A DNA stretch of 64,000 nucleotides from an uncultured SAR116 cluster alpha proteobacterium. Lineage in GTDB: Bacteria > Pseudomonadota > Alphaproteobacteria > Puniceispirillales > GCA-002684695. The stretch covers positions 5,092 to 69,091 of the forward strand of contig CABYVI010000003.1 in the NCBI GenBank assembly GCA_902522415.1, read 5' to 3'. Each line of letters begins with the position of its first letter. Positions within the stretch are counted from its first letter, which is position 1. The translations under genes and the position numbers were made by a program. The notes beneath the pieces were generated by a model. The model was given only the letters and a program-made list of their open reading frames with translations, searched no databases and was not told the DNA's origin. Shown piece after piece: positions 45,257-55,618 of this stretch.

Positions 45257-46083
45257 TGATAGATTTAAGTCTGCTAAATAATAATGTTAATGCATTTCCT
45301 GGATTATATTTGTCTAACATTATAAATTTACTCCCACTTTTTTTACTTGCTTCCATTAGAATTGGGGCATTTATCTTATCTGTACCTTTTTTTGGAATGA
45401 AAGGTGTGCCAACACCTCTAAGAATTGTTGTATCTTTCATACTCGGTTTAGCTGTTGTAAGTTTCGTGGGCCTTCCCTCAGAGGAATTACTGAATGATTT
45501 AAATTTTATTTTTATTGTTATGGTTGAGATTGCAGTTGGATTGACCGCAGGTCTAATTGTTACTATTTGGTTTGCTTCTGTTGCTCTTGCAGGAGAGAAA
45601 ATGGCGACTAGTGCAGGTTTAGGCTATGCAGCCCAAATAGACCCTTTAGCAGGAGGCCAGACCCCTGTTATAAGTCAGACTTTAAATTTATTTTTAATTG
45701 TACTTTTTGTGACCCTTGATGGTCACTTATTAATGTTAAGAGTGTTTTTTGAGAGTTATTCAATACTTCCTATTGGAGCAATGCCTCCCCCTTTTGTACT
45801 AATTGGTGCTGGAATAAAGGCGGCAGGATCTATGTTTATTGCTGCTTCTTTAATAATGCTTCCAGTAGTTGGAATAATTCTCATGATCAATGTTTCAGCT
45901 GGCATTATGACTCGCTCAGCTCCACAGTTAAATCTTTTTTCTTTTGTTTTTCCAGTGACCATATTAAGTGCTTTTGTAATTCTATATTTTTCAACTGGTA
46001 CTATGGCTCTAGCTTTTTCTGATTTAATTTTTTCTACAATTGAAGCTCTTGAAGACTTAATGATAGGTATAAATGATGGCTGA
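45256..46083 (+). CDS. fliR: Flagellar export apparatus protein FliR
   Basis: 275 aa polytopic protein between fliQ and flhB. Confidence 0.85.
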   Translation: MIDLSLLNNNVNAFPGLYLSNIINLLPLFLLASIRIGAFILSVPFFGMKGVPTPLRIVVSFILGLAVVSFVGLPSEELLNDLNFIFIVMVEIAVGLTAGLIVTIWFASVALAGEKMATSAGLGYAAQIDPLAGGQTPVISQTLNLFLIVLFVTLDGHLLMLRVFFESYSILPIGAMPPPFVLIGAGIKAAGSMFIAASLIMLPVVGIILMINVSAGIMTRSAPQLNLFSFVFPVTILSAFVILYFSTGTMALAFSDLIFSTIEALEDLMIGINDG

Positions 46084-47242
46084 ACAATCTGAAGATGGTC
46101 AGGAAAAAACCGAAGAACCCACTGCCAGAAAATTGGAAAAGGCAGCGGAGGAAGGTCAAGTATTATCATCAAAAGAAATGTTTGTTTTTACAGGTATTAT
46201 AGGAATGTTTGGCTTAATTTATATCCTACCCTATTTTTCACAAATATTACTTTCCTATTGGTCGATGTTTTTTGACTGGTCAGATATCGTAAATGATAAA
46301 AAATCAATTTTAGATATACTATTCTATGCTTTACGTTTCTTTACTTTAATTATTTTCTTTATTTCTATACCAATGTTTATCATAGTTCTTCTTACACAAA
46401 TATCAGTTGGTGGAATTAATTTTGCTCCTAAAGCAATCCAATTCAAAGGAAAAAAAATAAATCCGGTTGAAGGTTTTAAAAGAATGTTTTCCCAAAAAGC
46501 ATTGGCAGAATTGGTAAAAGCTATTCTGAAAGTTTTACTATTATTTGGTCTAACTGCTTTGGTAATATATGACAGATTAGATGATATGCTTCAGTTGACA
46601 GAAAGAGAGCTTTCCCAAGCAATTATAGTTATGGGTCAGTCTTTTCCTAGGTTACTATTTGTTTTGTTAATTGGTTTAGCAATAATAGCAGCAATTGATT
46701 ACTTTTGGCAGAGACATATATTTATTCAAGGCTTAAGAATGACCAAGCAGGAGATTAAAGATGAATTCAAACAGACAGAGGGGTCGCCAGAAGTTAAAGC
46801 AAAAATACGAAGAAAACAGATGGAAGCATCGGCCAATACGGCTAAGCAAGCTGCGGCTTTAGATGATGTAAAAAATGCTACAGCAGTCATTACAAACCCA
46901 ACACATTTTGCTGTTGCACTTAAATATGAAGTAGGCACCAAAGGTGCACCTACTATTTTAGCATTAGGAAAAGGACCCATGGCTAAAAATATAATAGAAA
47001 GAGCAGAAAATGCTAAAATAACCCTTTTTAGATCACCTTTGCTTGCAAGAGCCTTATTTTTTACAGGCGAAATAGGACAAGAAATAAATGATAAGCTTTA
47101 TACAGCAGTAGCAGTAGCCTTAGCATATATTTATAAAATAGATAGAGGAGAATTTGCTTCGGAACCCGAAATAAATGTTCCTCTAGATATGCAATTTAAT
47201 GAGCAAGGCGAATTACTCGAAGGATCAAAAAATGCTCAATAG
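46073..47242 (+). CDS. flhB: Flagellar export switch protein FlhB
   Basis: EKTEEPTARKLEKAAEEGQV, KQTEGSPEVKAKIRRKQ, autocleavage site NPTHFAVAL. Confidence 0.95.
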   Translation: MMAEQSEDGQEKTEEPTARKLEKAAEEGQVLSSKEMFVFTGIIGMFGLIYILPYFSQILLSYWSMFFDWSDIVNDKKSILDILFYALRFFTLIIFFISIPMFIIVLLTQISVGGINFAPKAIQFKGKKINPVEGFKRMFSQKALAELVKAILKVLLLFGLTALVIYDRLDDMLQLTERELSQAIIVMGQSFPRLLFVLLIGLAIIAAIDYFWQRHIFIQGLRMTKQEIKDEFKQTEGSPEVKAKIRRKQMEASANTAKQAAALDDVKNATAVITNPTHFAVALKYEVGTKGAPTILALGKGPMAKNIIERAENAKITLFRSPLLARALFFTGEIGQEINDKLYTAVAVALAYIYKIDRGEFASEPEINVPLDMQFNEQGELLEGSKNAQ

Positions 47243-47444
47243 AACTAGTTTAGGCCAATTGATAAGTACTGCTGTTTTTTATGGCGTAGCATTGTTAATA
47301 TTTTTAAAAGGAATGGATTTTTTAGCTAATGAACAAAAATTCCATGCTTATTTAAGTTTCTTATGCGCTTTTCTAAATTTTTTGGCTGGAATGCGATTTG
47401 CAATAGCTAGTCTATATCAAAGGATTAAAAAACTTTTGAAATGA
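47199..47444 (+). CDS. Small membrane protein (alternative start ATG 47232), coupled to flhB
   Basis: Two predicted TM segments; overlaps the flhB end; ATGA overlap with the next ORF. Confidence 0.4.
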   Translation: MSKANYSKDQKMLNRTSLGQLISTAVFYGVALLIFLKGMDFLANEQKFHAYLSFLCAFLNFLAGMRFAIASLYQRIKKLLK

Positions 47445-47668
47445 AAAAAAATTTAAAAAAAATAAATTGTAATGATTGCATCGGACTGTTTATTACTCAT
47501 GACCCAAAAAGGAGATGGGGGTGCAATTTTTTTGGATTTAAATCAAATTTTATACCTTCTATTGAGGTTAAAAAGATAACTGGCATGGAATGTGCTTATT
47601 TTAAACTTAAAGAAAGAAAAAAATTGCATAATATTGAAAAAATTAATTCAAATGGGAGACTAGCATGA
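47441..47668 (+). CDS. Small basic Cys-containing protein (75 aa)
   Basis: CNDC...C...C; ATGA overlaps on both sides. Confidence 0.4.
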   Translation: MKKNLKKINCNDCIGLFITHDPKRRWGCNFFGFKSNFIPSIEVKKITGMECAYFKLKERKKLHNIEKINSNGRLA

Positions 47669-48408
47669 GTGTAGATACTAGTGCAGTTCATGAAAGTATT
47701 AAATTAGCATTAGATGCTGCAGATGCTGCAACTGATGTTACCACTGAATATAATAGAGTTAAAAGAGATCATCGAAATCTGGAGGCATCTGTGAAACAAA
47801 TTCACCGTTATACAACTATAATTTTTTCAGTTTCAATAGGAACTGCGATATTAGCAATTTTACTTACCTCATTATTATATTTTAGGTCATTATCTGATTT
47901 ATCAGTTATGACTACAACCAGTAAAGAAGCACTTGTTGTTTTTGCAGAAAATGTCGAAAACGTTAATAGTTCTCTTTCACAATTAGAAGGTGCTCTCCAA
48001 AAACAGACTGAACTTTTAGATGTAAATAGACAGTTAATAAAGAGTATGGAAGGCCTGCAAACTATTGTGACAGATTCAAATGACCAAATGGTTGTTGAAC
48101 TAAGAGCTCTTACTCAAGAAATGAGTGAATCTACACAACAGGTATCTGAATTAGTCAGAGGTTCCTCCCAATCCCAAATTAAATCTATTAATCTTGAGAT
48201 CAAAAAACAATTGTCTGGAGCATCAAATAAAACTATTGAAGAGATCTCTCAATTAAAGTCTAAAATTAAAAATACTGATAGTGATACATTGAGAAAGCTC
48301 TCTCTTAATCAAGCAGCAATTTTATCAACTCTTCAAGCAGTATCATCACAAAATGATGATATTAAAAAAAGATTTGAAGACCAACAAGATAAAATTTCAT
48401 TTCCATAA
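47665..48408 (+). CDS. Single-pass membrane protein with a long coiled coil (247 aa)
   Basis: TM segment YTTIIFSVSIGTAILAILLTSLLYF followed by heptad-rich sequence. Confidence 0.5.
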   Translation: MSVDTSAVHESIKLALDAADAATDVTTEYNRVKRDHRNLEASVKQIHRYTTIIFSVSIGTAILAILLTSLLYFRSLSDLSVMTTTSKEALVVFAENVENVNSSLSQLEGALQKQTELLDVNRQLIKSMEGLQTIVTDSNDQMVVELRALTQEMSESTQQVSELVRGSSQSQIKSINLEIKKQLSGASNKTIEEISQLKSKIKNTDSDTLRKLSLNQAAILSTLQAVSSQNDDIKKRFEDQQDKISFP

Positions 48409-48434
48409 ACTTGAAGTTGCATTAATAAATTACT

Positions 48435-49232
48435 ATGGCAGAGGAAAATTTAAATAATAACTTAGAAGAAGACACAAATTCTAATTCTACAGCAATTGAA
48501 GAAGAAGATTTACAAAAAACTGCGTCATTTTTAAAACTTAATGAATTAAAACTAAGGTGTCGGGCACGCAATCTTAGATTAAAAGAAGATGATGTAATTG
48601 CGGCTGTTGATGGAGAACCTTTTCATGGATCTATTTTAGAACTTACAAATATTTTATCTGAAGAAGACAAAAAGACTTTATTAACTATAAGAAGAAATGG
48701 TATTTTCTTTGAAGTTATTGCTTTTGGTTCGCTTGGCTCAACTTTTAAATTTACTTCACCTGAAGAAACTATTGAAATTGAGAATGCACTAAAAACTCAT
48801 ACTTTTTATCCAATTGAAGAATATAAAATATACGAAATTCTTAGAAATCTTAGAAGAAAAGTTGATATAATTGATACAACCACTTCACCTATGTCATGGA
48901 TACTACCACCTTTTTGGCTTATTCAAAATAAACTCTGGGAAGTTCTTCTAGTAACAATATCGGTATACTTGATAACCCTTAGTGTTGCTTGGTGGATGTT
49001 TGTAATAACTTGGATCCTTTTAGCAATATATTTTAACAAAGGTCAAACTACAATTCTAAGAAGTTTTAGCATATATAGGGATAAACATTTTTGGCTTATT
49101 CTTGCAGGAATTAATGAAGAAGAGATTCAGAAAGTTTGTATAAAGCTAGATGAAAAGTGTAGTTTTGATTATCCGCTTATTCCAACAGTTGAGAATAATA
49201 CTAACTTAAAAAAAAATAAGGCGTTTGCTTGA
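48435..49232 (+). CDS. Hypothetical membrane protein (265 aa)
   Basis: Acidic N-terminus, central domain, two C-terminal TM segments. Confidence 0.45.
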   Translation: MAEENLNNNLEEDTNSNSTAIEEEDLQKTASFLKLNELKLRCRARNLRLKEDDVIAAVDGEPFHGSILELTNILSEEDKKTLLTIRRNGIFFEVIAFGSLGSTFKFTSPEETIEIENALKTHTFYPIEEYKIYEILRNLRRKVDIIDTTTSPMSWILPPFWLIQNKLWEVLLVTISVYLITLSVAWWMFVITWILLAIYFNKGQTTILRSFSIYRDKHFWLILAGINEEEIQKVCIKLDEKCSFDYPLIPTVENNTNLKKNKAFA

Positions 49233-49269
49233 TTTTACTTGAATCATATTTCGTCCCTTAATTATAATT

Positions 49270-50565
49270 TTAATATAGTTTATTTTTAATTTCATTTCCA
49301 TTGACCCAAGTTTTCGTAATCGCTCTGTCATCCCCCATTATTAAAGTTGGGAAAAAACTCTCCCAAAAGTTTTTAGCTCTTTTTTGTCTTTGTTCTATTT
49401 CTATTGTTGATGCTAAATTAATTACTATTAAATCAGCATAATATCCTTTTTTAATATTTCCGATCTTACTCTCTAAGCCTAGTGATATTGATGATCCAAC
49501 AGTAGCTAACCAAAACAGTTGAGCAGGATGGATAGAAAAGTTATTTAGCTGAGATATTTTATATGCTTCAGAAATCGTTCTTAACATAGAAAATGAGGTG
49601 CCGCCTCCTGTATCAGTTGCTAATCCAATATTAATTTTTTTACTGCTAATCTCTTTCATTTTAAAAATACCAGAACCAATAAAAGTATTAGATGTTGGGC
49701 AATGTGCTATAGATGATTGTCTTTCTTTCAACATTTCTATTTCATTGCCTTTTAGATGAATGCAATGTCCAAAGATTGAGTTTTTTTTAACTAGATTAAA
49801 TTTATCATAAATGTCCAGATAACTATCAGATTCAGGAAATAGTTTGCTTACCCATTCAATTTCTTCTTTTTGCTCTGATAAATGAGTTTGCATTAAACAA
49901 TCAGGGTATTCTGACCATAAACTTCCAAGACTATCTAGTTGTTCTGGGGTTGAGGTTGGTGCAAACCTTGGTGTAATAGCATAATATGATCTGTTACTAT
50001 TATGCCATTTTTTTATCAGCCGTTTACTGTCATCATAAGCTGAATTGACACTATCAATTAAATATTCTGGTGCGTTTCGATCCATACATGTCTTTCCAGC
50101 TATTACAGACATATTTCTCTTTTTAGCTTCCTCAAAAAATGCATCAACACTATTAATTGATGTTGTGCAAAAGCTTGCAAGGGTTGTAGTTCCATTTTTA
50201 ATGCAAAGATCAAGCGTTAGTGATGCTACTTTTCTTGCATAATTTTTATCTGTAAATTTTTTTTCTTCAGGAAAAGTATATTCATTGAGCCAATCTAAAA
50301 GTCTTTTCCCATAACTCGCTATAATAGCTGTTTGAGGGTAGTGCATATGGCAATCAACAAAACCAGATGTAATTAAATTTTTGCCATAGTTGTAAACCCT
50401 TGCATGCGGATAATTGGATTTAAGCTTTGAAAATTCACCAACATCTCTAATAAATGAACCATCTACTAGCACTCCGCCTGATTCAATTAATTTTACTGAA
50501 TCATTGATATCAACTAAGAAAGGATTATTTGCAAAACTTAATATTGTTCCCTTTAAGAGCTTCAT
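49270..50565 (-). CDS. guaD: Guanine deaminase (amidohydrolase superfamily)
   Basis: GFVDCHMHYPQTAIIASYGKRLLDWLNEYTFPEE, HLSE, GLATDTGGG. Confidence 0.85.
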   Translation of the reverse strand: MKLLKGTILSFANNPFLVDINDSVKLIESGGVLVDGSFIRDVGEFSKLKSNYPHARVYNYGKNLITSGFVDCHMHYPQTAIIASYGKRLLDWLNEYTFPEEKKFTDKNYARKVASLTLDLCIKNGTTTLASFCTTSINSVDAFFEEAKKRNMSVIAGKTCMDRNAPEYLIDSVNSAYDDSKRLIKKWHNSNRSYYAITPRFAPTSTPEQLDSLGSLWSEYPDCLMQTHLSEQKEEIEWVSKLFPESDSYLDIYDKFNLVKKNSIFGHCIHLKGNEIEMLKERQSSIAHCPTSNTFIGSGIFKMKEISSKKINIGLATDTGGGTSFSMLRTISEAYKISQLNNFSIHPAQLFWLATVGSSISLGLESKIGNIKKGYYADLIVINLASTIEIEQRQKRAKNFWESFFPTLIMGDDRAITKTWVNGNEIKNKLY

Positions 50566-50675
50566 TTTAAGAGCTTCATTTTATTAATATAGTTATTTGA
50601 ATCAATTATATAAAAGTACCAAAATAACTTTTTATATTATTTACAATAAAAAAAAAATATAATTTGAAAAAAAAT

Positions 50676-53534
50676 CTAAACTTGCTTAGTTTCAAGATTT
50701 AATGACTTCAGTTCATTTTCAAATTTTTTGTTAGATAAAACTGATTTTTTACATTCAACTGTTAGATAGGTTTCAGCAACCTCAATAAGCCTTTCAACAG
50801 TTGTTTCAATTACTTTTTGCCTAAACTCTGTTCTCATTTGCTGTGTGTAGCCATTATTATTTGAACTATAATCTGCTAGCGCTTCACTCGCAGGCGATGA
50901 TGGTTTATCTATGGAAGAGATTATGTTCAATATACCTTCCTCAAGTTTATCTTTTGTAATTGACTTGACTGCCCAATTAATTGACTCATTAAAAGCATCA
51001 AATGTTAATGCAACATTTGGATCTCTATAAGAAAAAAATTTAAACGTTTTTGTGCTCATGTCTTGCATAGCGCCAGATCCGTAGGCTCCACCCTTCTCTC
51101 TAATTGCTGTATGCAAAAAACCGTTTCGCAAAACTGCGCCTAAAACGGTTAGAACAGGAGCATCAGGGTGCTTATACCCAACACTTTTAAAAGATTGTGC
51201 ACAAAAGTTAACATCAGTTTCTGTTAACCAAGCTGAACCATTTTGAAATAAAGATATACCAGTAATATCCTCTAATTTATCATTTAAAACTTTATCGCTT
51301 TCAGAAGAAACTAATTTGAGGTCATTAGATGAAACGGTTACATCAGAGGTGGGTTTTATCACAATTTTGTTTTTTAAATTCTGGAATATACCAATAAGTT
51401 TTTGTACATCAGTATTACCATCAGGCAGTCTTAAATTTTTTAAGTTCTTTAAATATGATATTCCACCAGAAACTTCTGAAACCACTCCTAAAAAGGACAT
51501 TTGAGCATCTGCACTAGTCATTGCAAAATAATGCCCGGCATTAGTAAGGCTTTTCTCAAGGCCAGAAATATGCATTTTTGTAATTTCATTTATTCTATCT
51601 ATTTCATCTAATCTAAAATTTTCAATAGTCTCATTTATTAATTCCTTCATTTCATCGGACTTAGATTGAAGGGAATAACCACCCATTTTGATACCTAATT
51701 TAAATGAACTGTTATTTACATCTCTTAATATTGTGAAATTTGAGGTTATTTGGCCTAGAATTTCTGATTGAAGTTTTTGTATATCCTCATAATTTTTTTC
51801 TTTTATGCCTACTTCGCACATAATATCAGCAAATAAAGTTGCATACTTTAAATCATCAAACGTGGGTTTTATTATAGAATGAATAGCTTGATAGTAATCT
51901 ATGCCATTGGTTCCTGCTTTATAATAATTTTTTTTTGTTCCATTTGAAATGTAACTTTTAGATTTGGGATATGATTTAGATTTACCAACATCATTAACCG
52001 TGACTTTTGGCAGTATATTCGGGTCATCTTTTTTTGACTGCCTGATTTCTAATAATTCAGAATTTTTTCTTATATTTTCACGATCGAGTTTACTTAGCAA
52101 TTCTTGTTTATTTGAAATATAATCATTAATTTTTTTGAGTTTTTTCTTATCATGTTGGTCATCAGGTATTAATTGAAAAGTTAGTCTACTACTATTTTTA
52201 ATAAACATTTCATCTAGTTTATTTTCTAGATAATTTATCTTAGTGAGCCTTTTCTTCAATTCATTTAAAGATTTTTCAAGATCATATGATTTTATAATGT
52301 CTGCATCATGAAGAATATATGGCATGGAACCCATCAGTAATTGAAGACCATATGGGAAGCCACCACTTATTTTCTTTAATTTTATTTCCATTTGGTGCAA
52401 AGAAGCATCCACTATAGATTTAGGTATGCCCTCTTTAACCAGCTTTTTAAATACATTAATAACTAAATCTTCAACTTCTTTTTCTTTATTTTTAGCAACA
52501 CCTTCTAAGCCAGCAACAAAAAACATTTGTTTTTTATATGTATCAAAAGAAGTTAAGTCTGACGGCACTCTTCCAATTTTTGATACCTCTAATGCTTTTG
52601 CCAAAGGAGATGCAGAATTTTCTAAAAGAATGCTTTCAATTAACTTTGCTTCCATCTTATCAACTGGATCTAGAGAACTCCCTAAAAGCCAGCTTATTAT
52701 AACATGGTAATTATTTTCATCACCAGATAAAGGCTTATAGTTTTTAGATCCATATCTCGGTGTTTTAAAGTATTCACTTTCTTTAACTTCAATTTTTTCT
52801 AAAGAAGGATTAAAACTAGATAAAACACTTGATTGTATTTCATCCTGTATTGAATTTATATCTATATTCCCATATGTAAAAAAAACTGCATTTGAGGGGT
52901 GATAGTGTTTTCTATGAAATTCTAACAGATTATCATATGTTAAATTAAGTATATCTTCTGGTTCCCCCCCACTATTAAATCCATATGTATGGTTAGGGAA
53001 TAGAAATTCATTGATACCTTGATCAGCCTGACTAGAAATTGAACTCATTGCACCTTTCATTTCATTATAGACTATCCCTTTTAATTCTAGTTTTTCTGAA
53101 CCATCTTTTAATTTAGAAAGTTCAAATCTATGACCCTCTTGCATAAAGTCTAGTTGATTTAGATTTGGGAAGAAGGTTGCATCTAAATAAACAGATAAAA
53201 GATTTTTGAAGTCTTTATCATTTAGGGTTGAGAAAGGATAAGCTGTAAAATCGGATGCTGTAAAAGCATTCATAAAAGTACTTAGAGAACGCCTTGTCAT
53301 CATAAAGAAAGGATCTCTAACAGGGTATTTTTTTGATCCGCATAAAACCGTGTGCTCCAATATATGAGCTACACCAGTTGAATCTGAAGGTAGGGTTTTA
53401 AAAGCAACAACAAAACATTTTTCATTGCTATCGCAAGCTAAATGAATATGTTTGGTAGAAAATTTATCATCTACAAAACATTGAATTTCTACATCACTTA
53501 ATGGAATATATTTTTTTTCAGAAAGTTTAAACAT
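50676..53534 (-). CDS. M16C family metallopeptidase (presequence protease PreP-like), 952 aa
   Basis: Inverted zinc motif HILEH in GVAHILEHTVLCGSKKYPVRDPFFMM; length and layout match M16C. Confidence 0.85.
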   Translation of the reverse strand: MFKLSEKKYIPLSDVEIQCFVDDKFSTKHIHLACDSNEKCFVVAFKTLPSDSTGVAHILEHTVLCGSKKYPVRDPFFMMTRRSLSTFMNAFTASDFTAYPFSTLNDKDFKNLLSVYLDATFFPNLNQLDFMQEGHRFELSKLKDGSEKLELKGIVYNEMKGAMSSISSQADQGINEFLFPNHTYGFNSGGEPEDILNLTYDNLLEFHRKHYHPSNAVFFTYGNIDINSIQDEIQSSVLSSFNPSLEKIEVKESEYFKTPRYGSKNYKPLSGDENNYHVIISWLLGSSLDPVDKMEAKLIESILLENSASPLAKALEVSKIGRVPSDLTSFDTYKKQMFFVAGLEGVAKNKEKEVEDLVINVFKKLVKEGIPKSIVDASLHQMEIKLKKISGGFPYGLQLLMGSMPYILHDADIIKSYDLEKSLNELKKRLTKINYLENKLDEMFIKNSSRLTFQLIPDDQHDKKKLKKINDYISNKQELLSKLDRENIRKNSELLEIRQSKKDDPNILPKVTVNDVGKSKSYPKSKSYISNGTKKNYYKAGTNGIDYYQAIHSIIKPTFDDLKYATLFADIMCEVGIKEKNYEDIQKLQSEILGQITSNFTILRDVNNSSFKLGIKMGGYSLQSKSDEMKELINETIENFRLDEIDRINEITKMHISGLEKSLTNAGHYFAMTSADAQMSFLGVVSEVSGGISYLKNLKNLRLPDGNTDVQKLIGIFQNLKNKIVIKPTSDVTVSSNDLKLVSSESDKVLNDKLEDITGISLFQNGSAWLTETDVNFCAQSFKSVGYKHPDAPVLTVLGAVLRNGFLHTAIREKGGAYGSGAMQDMSTKTFKFFSYRDPNVALTFDAFNESINWAVKSITKDKLEEGILNIISSIDKPSSPASEALADYSSNNNGYTQQMRTEFRQKVIETTVERLIEVAETYLTVECKKSVLSNKKFENELKSLNLETKQV

Positions 53535-53674
53535 TTATCATATTAAGTATTAATAAAAACTAATATAATTACAACTTTATAAAGTACAACTATTTAGATG
53601 ATATCTTTTATATTTAAATTATAATAAATATTTGTATCAGAAATATTCTGGTTAATTTTAAGAATACAAATTAA

Positions 53675-54180
53675 ATGAAAAAATCAAATTACTTATTTTT
53701 AGTGGTAATCAATTTGATACCAAAAAATTATTCTTAGAAACATTGGTCTAACTAGCAACACTTCATCAAATTTAAAATATATTGGTAGAGTCATCGTTAC
53801 AGATGGCGACACAATTCGCAAAGTAAATCTAAAAATTAGATTGCATGGAATTGATGCTCCTGTATATAAACAAAAATGTAAAAACTCAGAAGGTCAGTTT
53901 TATGCATGTGGTATAAAGTCAACAGATTTTTTTGAAATCTGTTATTAATACAAATGATGTTTACTGTACGGGAAAGAATACAGATCGTTACGGTAGATTA
54001 ATAGCAATCTTTTTTGTTAATAATATAAATTTAAATTCTACCATTGTTAAAGATGGATGGGCTATTGCCTATAGATACCAATCAAAAGATTACATTGCCG
54101 AATAAGAAAGAGCAAAGAATAAAAGGGTAATTTGGCAAGGTGTTTTTGAAAAACCTTATATTTGGAGAAAAAATAATTAG
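53675..54180 (+). pseudogene. Decayed staphylococcal-nuclease-like (SNase/thermonuclease) gene
   Basis: Fragments in different frames: signal peptide MKKSNYLFLVV...*, then IGRVIVTDGDTIRKVNLKIRLHGIDAP...*, then TDRYGRLIAIFFVNNINLNSTIVKDGWAIAYRYQSKDYIAE*ERAKNKRVIWQGVFEKPYIWR. Confidence 0.65.
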
Positions 54181-54190
54181 TTACTAATTA

Positions 54191-55513
54191 TTATATTAAA
54201 GCACTCAGCAGTTCATTTACAACTTCCTTACCGCTCGTATCCGCTCCGTGTACTGTTCCATAATTCGTTGATGTCGCTTCACCAGCAAAATAAATTCTAT
54301 CTCCTACAGGAAGCTTTAAAACATTTCTTAAATGTGATTTACCAGGTCTTGCGCTTGAGTAAGAGCCCATCGTATATTTGTTTTTACCCCAACTAGTAGC
54401 GTGAGCTTTAATAAAATACTGATCAAAATTAGAACCAAAAATTGATCTTAGAGAATTTAGTACAAAATCAACTGAAGCATCGTGGCCCTCTTCCTCTAAA
54501 TCTTTTGCAAATTGTCCACCCACATCAAAGTATGATAGATTTGATTTATGAAGTCTTAAACTTCCAAAAAATCCTTTTGGAGGAATACTATTTTTTTCTA
54601 CTTTTGAGAAAAAATAAGTGTCCGGTTGTATCTCAAAGTTTTCGTAAAATTTTTTCTTTAATTTAAGAGTTATATGATTGTATGTGCCTAAAGTAATGCC
54701 ATCAAAAGCTTCATACTTTTCAATTGGTAGTGACGGTATGAATTTTATTTTTCCTAAACGAAGTATCTCAATTGAAACTGTTACGATACAGTATTTTGCT
54801 TTTATTGTACCTTGATTTGTTTCTAAAACAACACCTTTACCATTCCATTTAATTTCTCTAACTTCCGTATTAAGGCTTACTTGTACTTCTTTTCTTAAAT
54901 CTGCCAAAAGTGTACCGTAACCTTCTTTTACAAAACCGTCATTTTCTCCTAGATGCTCATAATTTAACTTCTCATCTATAATTGTATACTTATCGAAATC
55001 AACCCCTGCCAAACATGCCCCCAATGTTAGGTGGGCAGTTTGAAACCACTTATTATCTTTTAATTTTTTTGGTATCTGATTGATAAATGGAACGTCATCT
55101 CTGTAAGACTTTTTGTCTTTATTTAAAACAATATTTCTCTCTAAAAGTTTCTCTTTAAATTCTTTTATATTATTTATGGTTTCAACAAGATGCTTAGGTG
55201 AGACCTTTTTCTTTCCATCATAAACTAAAATATCCTCTTTTATTTTATAGATGGTGAATTTTTTATTTTTTCTTAAACCATATTGAACTATATGATTTCC
55301 TGAATAATTATGAAGCCAGTGCGCTCCAACATCAAATGGCGAGCCAAAAATATCATGGTTAGTAAAGCATCTTCCACCTATTCTATTCATTGCCTCAACA
55401 CAAAGAACAGATCTGCCTTTTTTTATTAGCTCAGAGGATGCTGATAAACCTGCAGCACCTGCGCCTATTACAACAACGTCAATTTCAGAACTTTTACTTA
55501 ATTTTGTTTTCAA
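54191..55513 (-). CDS. FAD-dependent amine oxidase family protein
   Basis: N-terminal dinucleotide fold DVVVIGAGAAGLSASSEL...VLCVEAMNRIGGR; C-terminal YFAGEATS. Confidence 0.8.
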   Translation of the reverse strand: MKTKLSKSSEIDVVVIGAGAAGLSASSELIKKGRSVLCVEAMNRIGGRCFTNHDIFGSPFDVGAHWLHNYSGNHIVQYGLRKNKKFTIYKIKEDILVYDGKKKVSPKHLVETINNIKEFKEKLLERNIVLNKDKKSYRDDVPFINQIPKKLKDNKWFQTAHLTLGACLAGVDFDKYTIIDEKLNYEHLGENDGFVKEGYGTLLADLRKEVQVSLNTEVREIKWNGKGVVLETNQGTIKAKYCIVTVSIEILRLGKIKFIPSLPIEKYEAFDGITLGTYNHITLKLKKKFYENFEIQPDTYFFSKVEKNSIPPKGFFGSLRLHKSNLSYFDVGGQFAKDLEEEGHDASVDFVLNSLRSIFGSNFDQYFIKAHATSWGKNKYTMGSYSSARPGKSHLRNVLKLPVGDRIYFAGEATSTNYGTVHGADTSGKEVVNELLSALI

Positions 55514-55618
55514 TGGTTTAATTACAATTTTATTATAAATTTTTATAGTTGATTGATATCAAATTTAGTATGACTAATATAGATAAATACTTGAAATAAT
55601 TTTCATTGGAAATTTAGT

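Noticed and set aside
41777-46172. Minus-strand ORFs 41777-42061, 43292-43777, 44637-44942, 45225-45440 and 45756-46172
   Set aside because: They are antisense to fliL, fliM/fliN, fliP, fliQ/fliR and fliR/flhB respectively. They are low-complexity or hydrophobic mirror translations.
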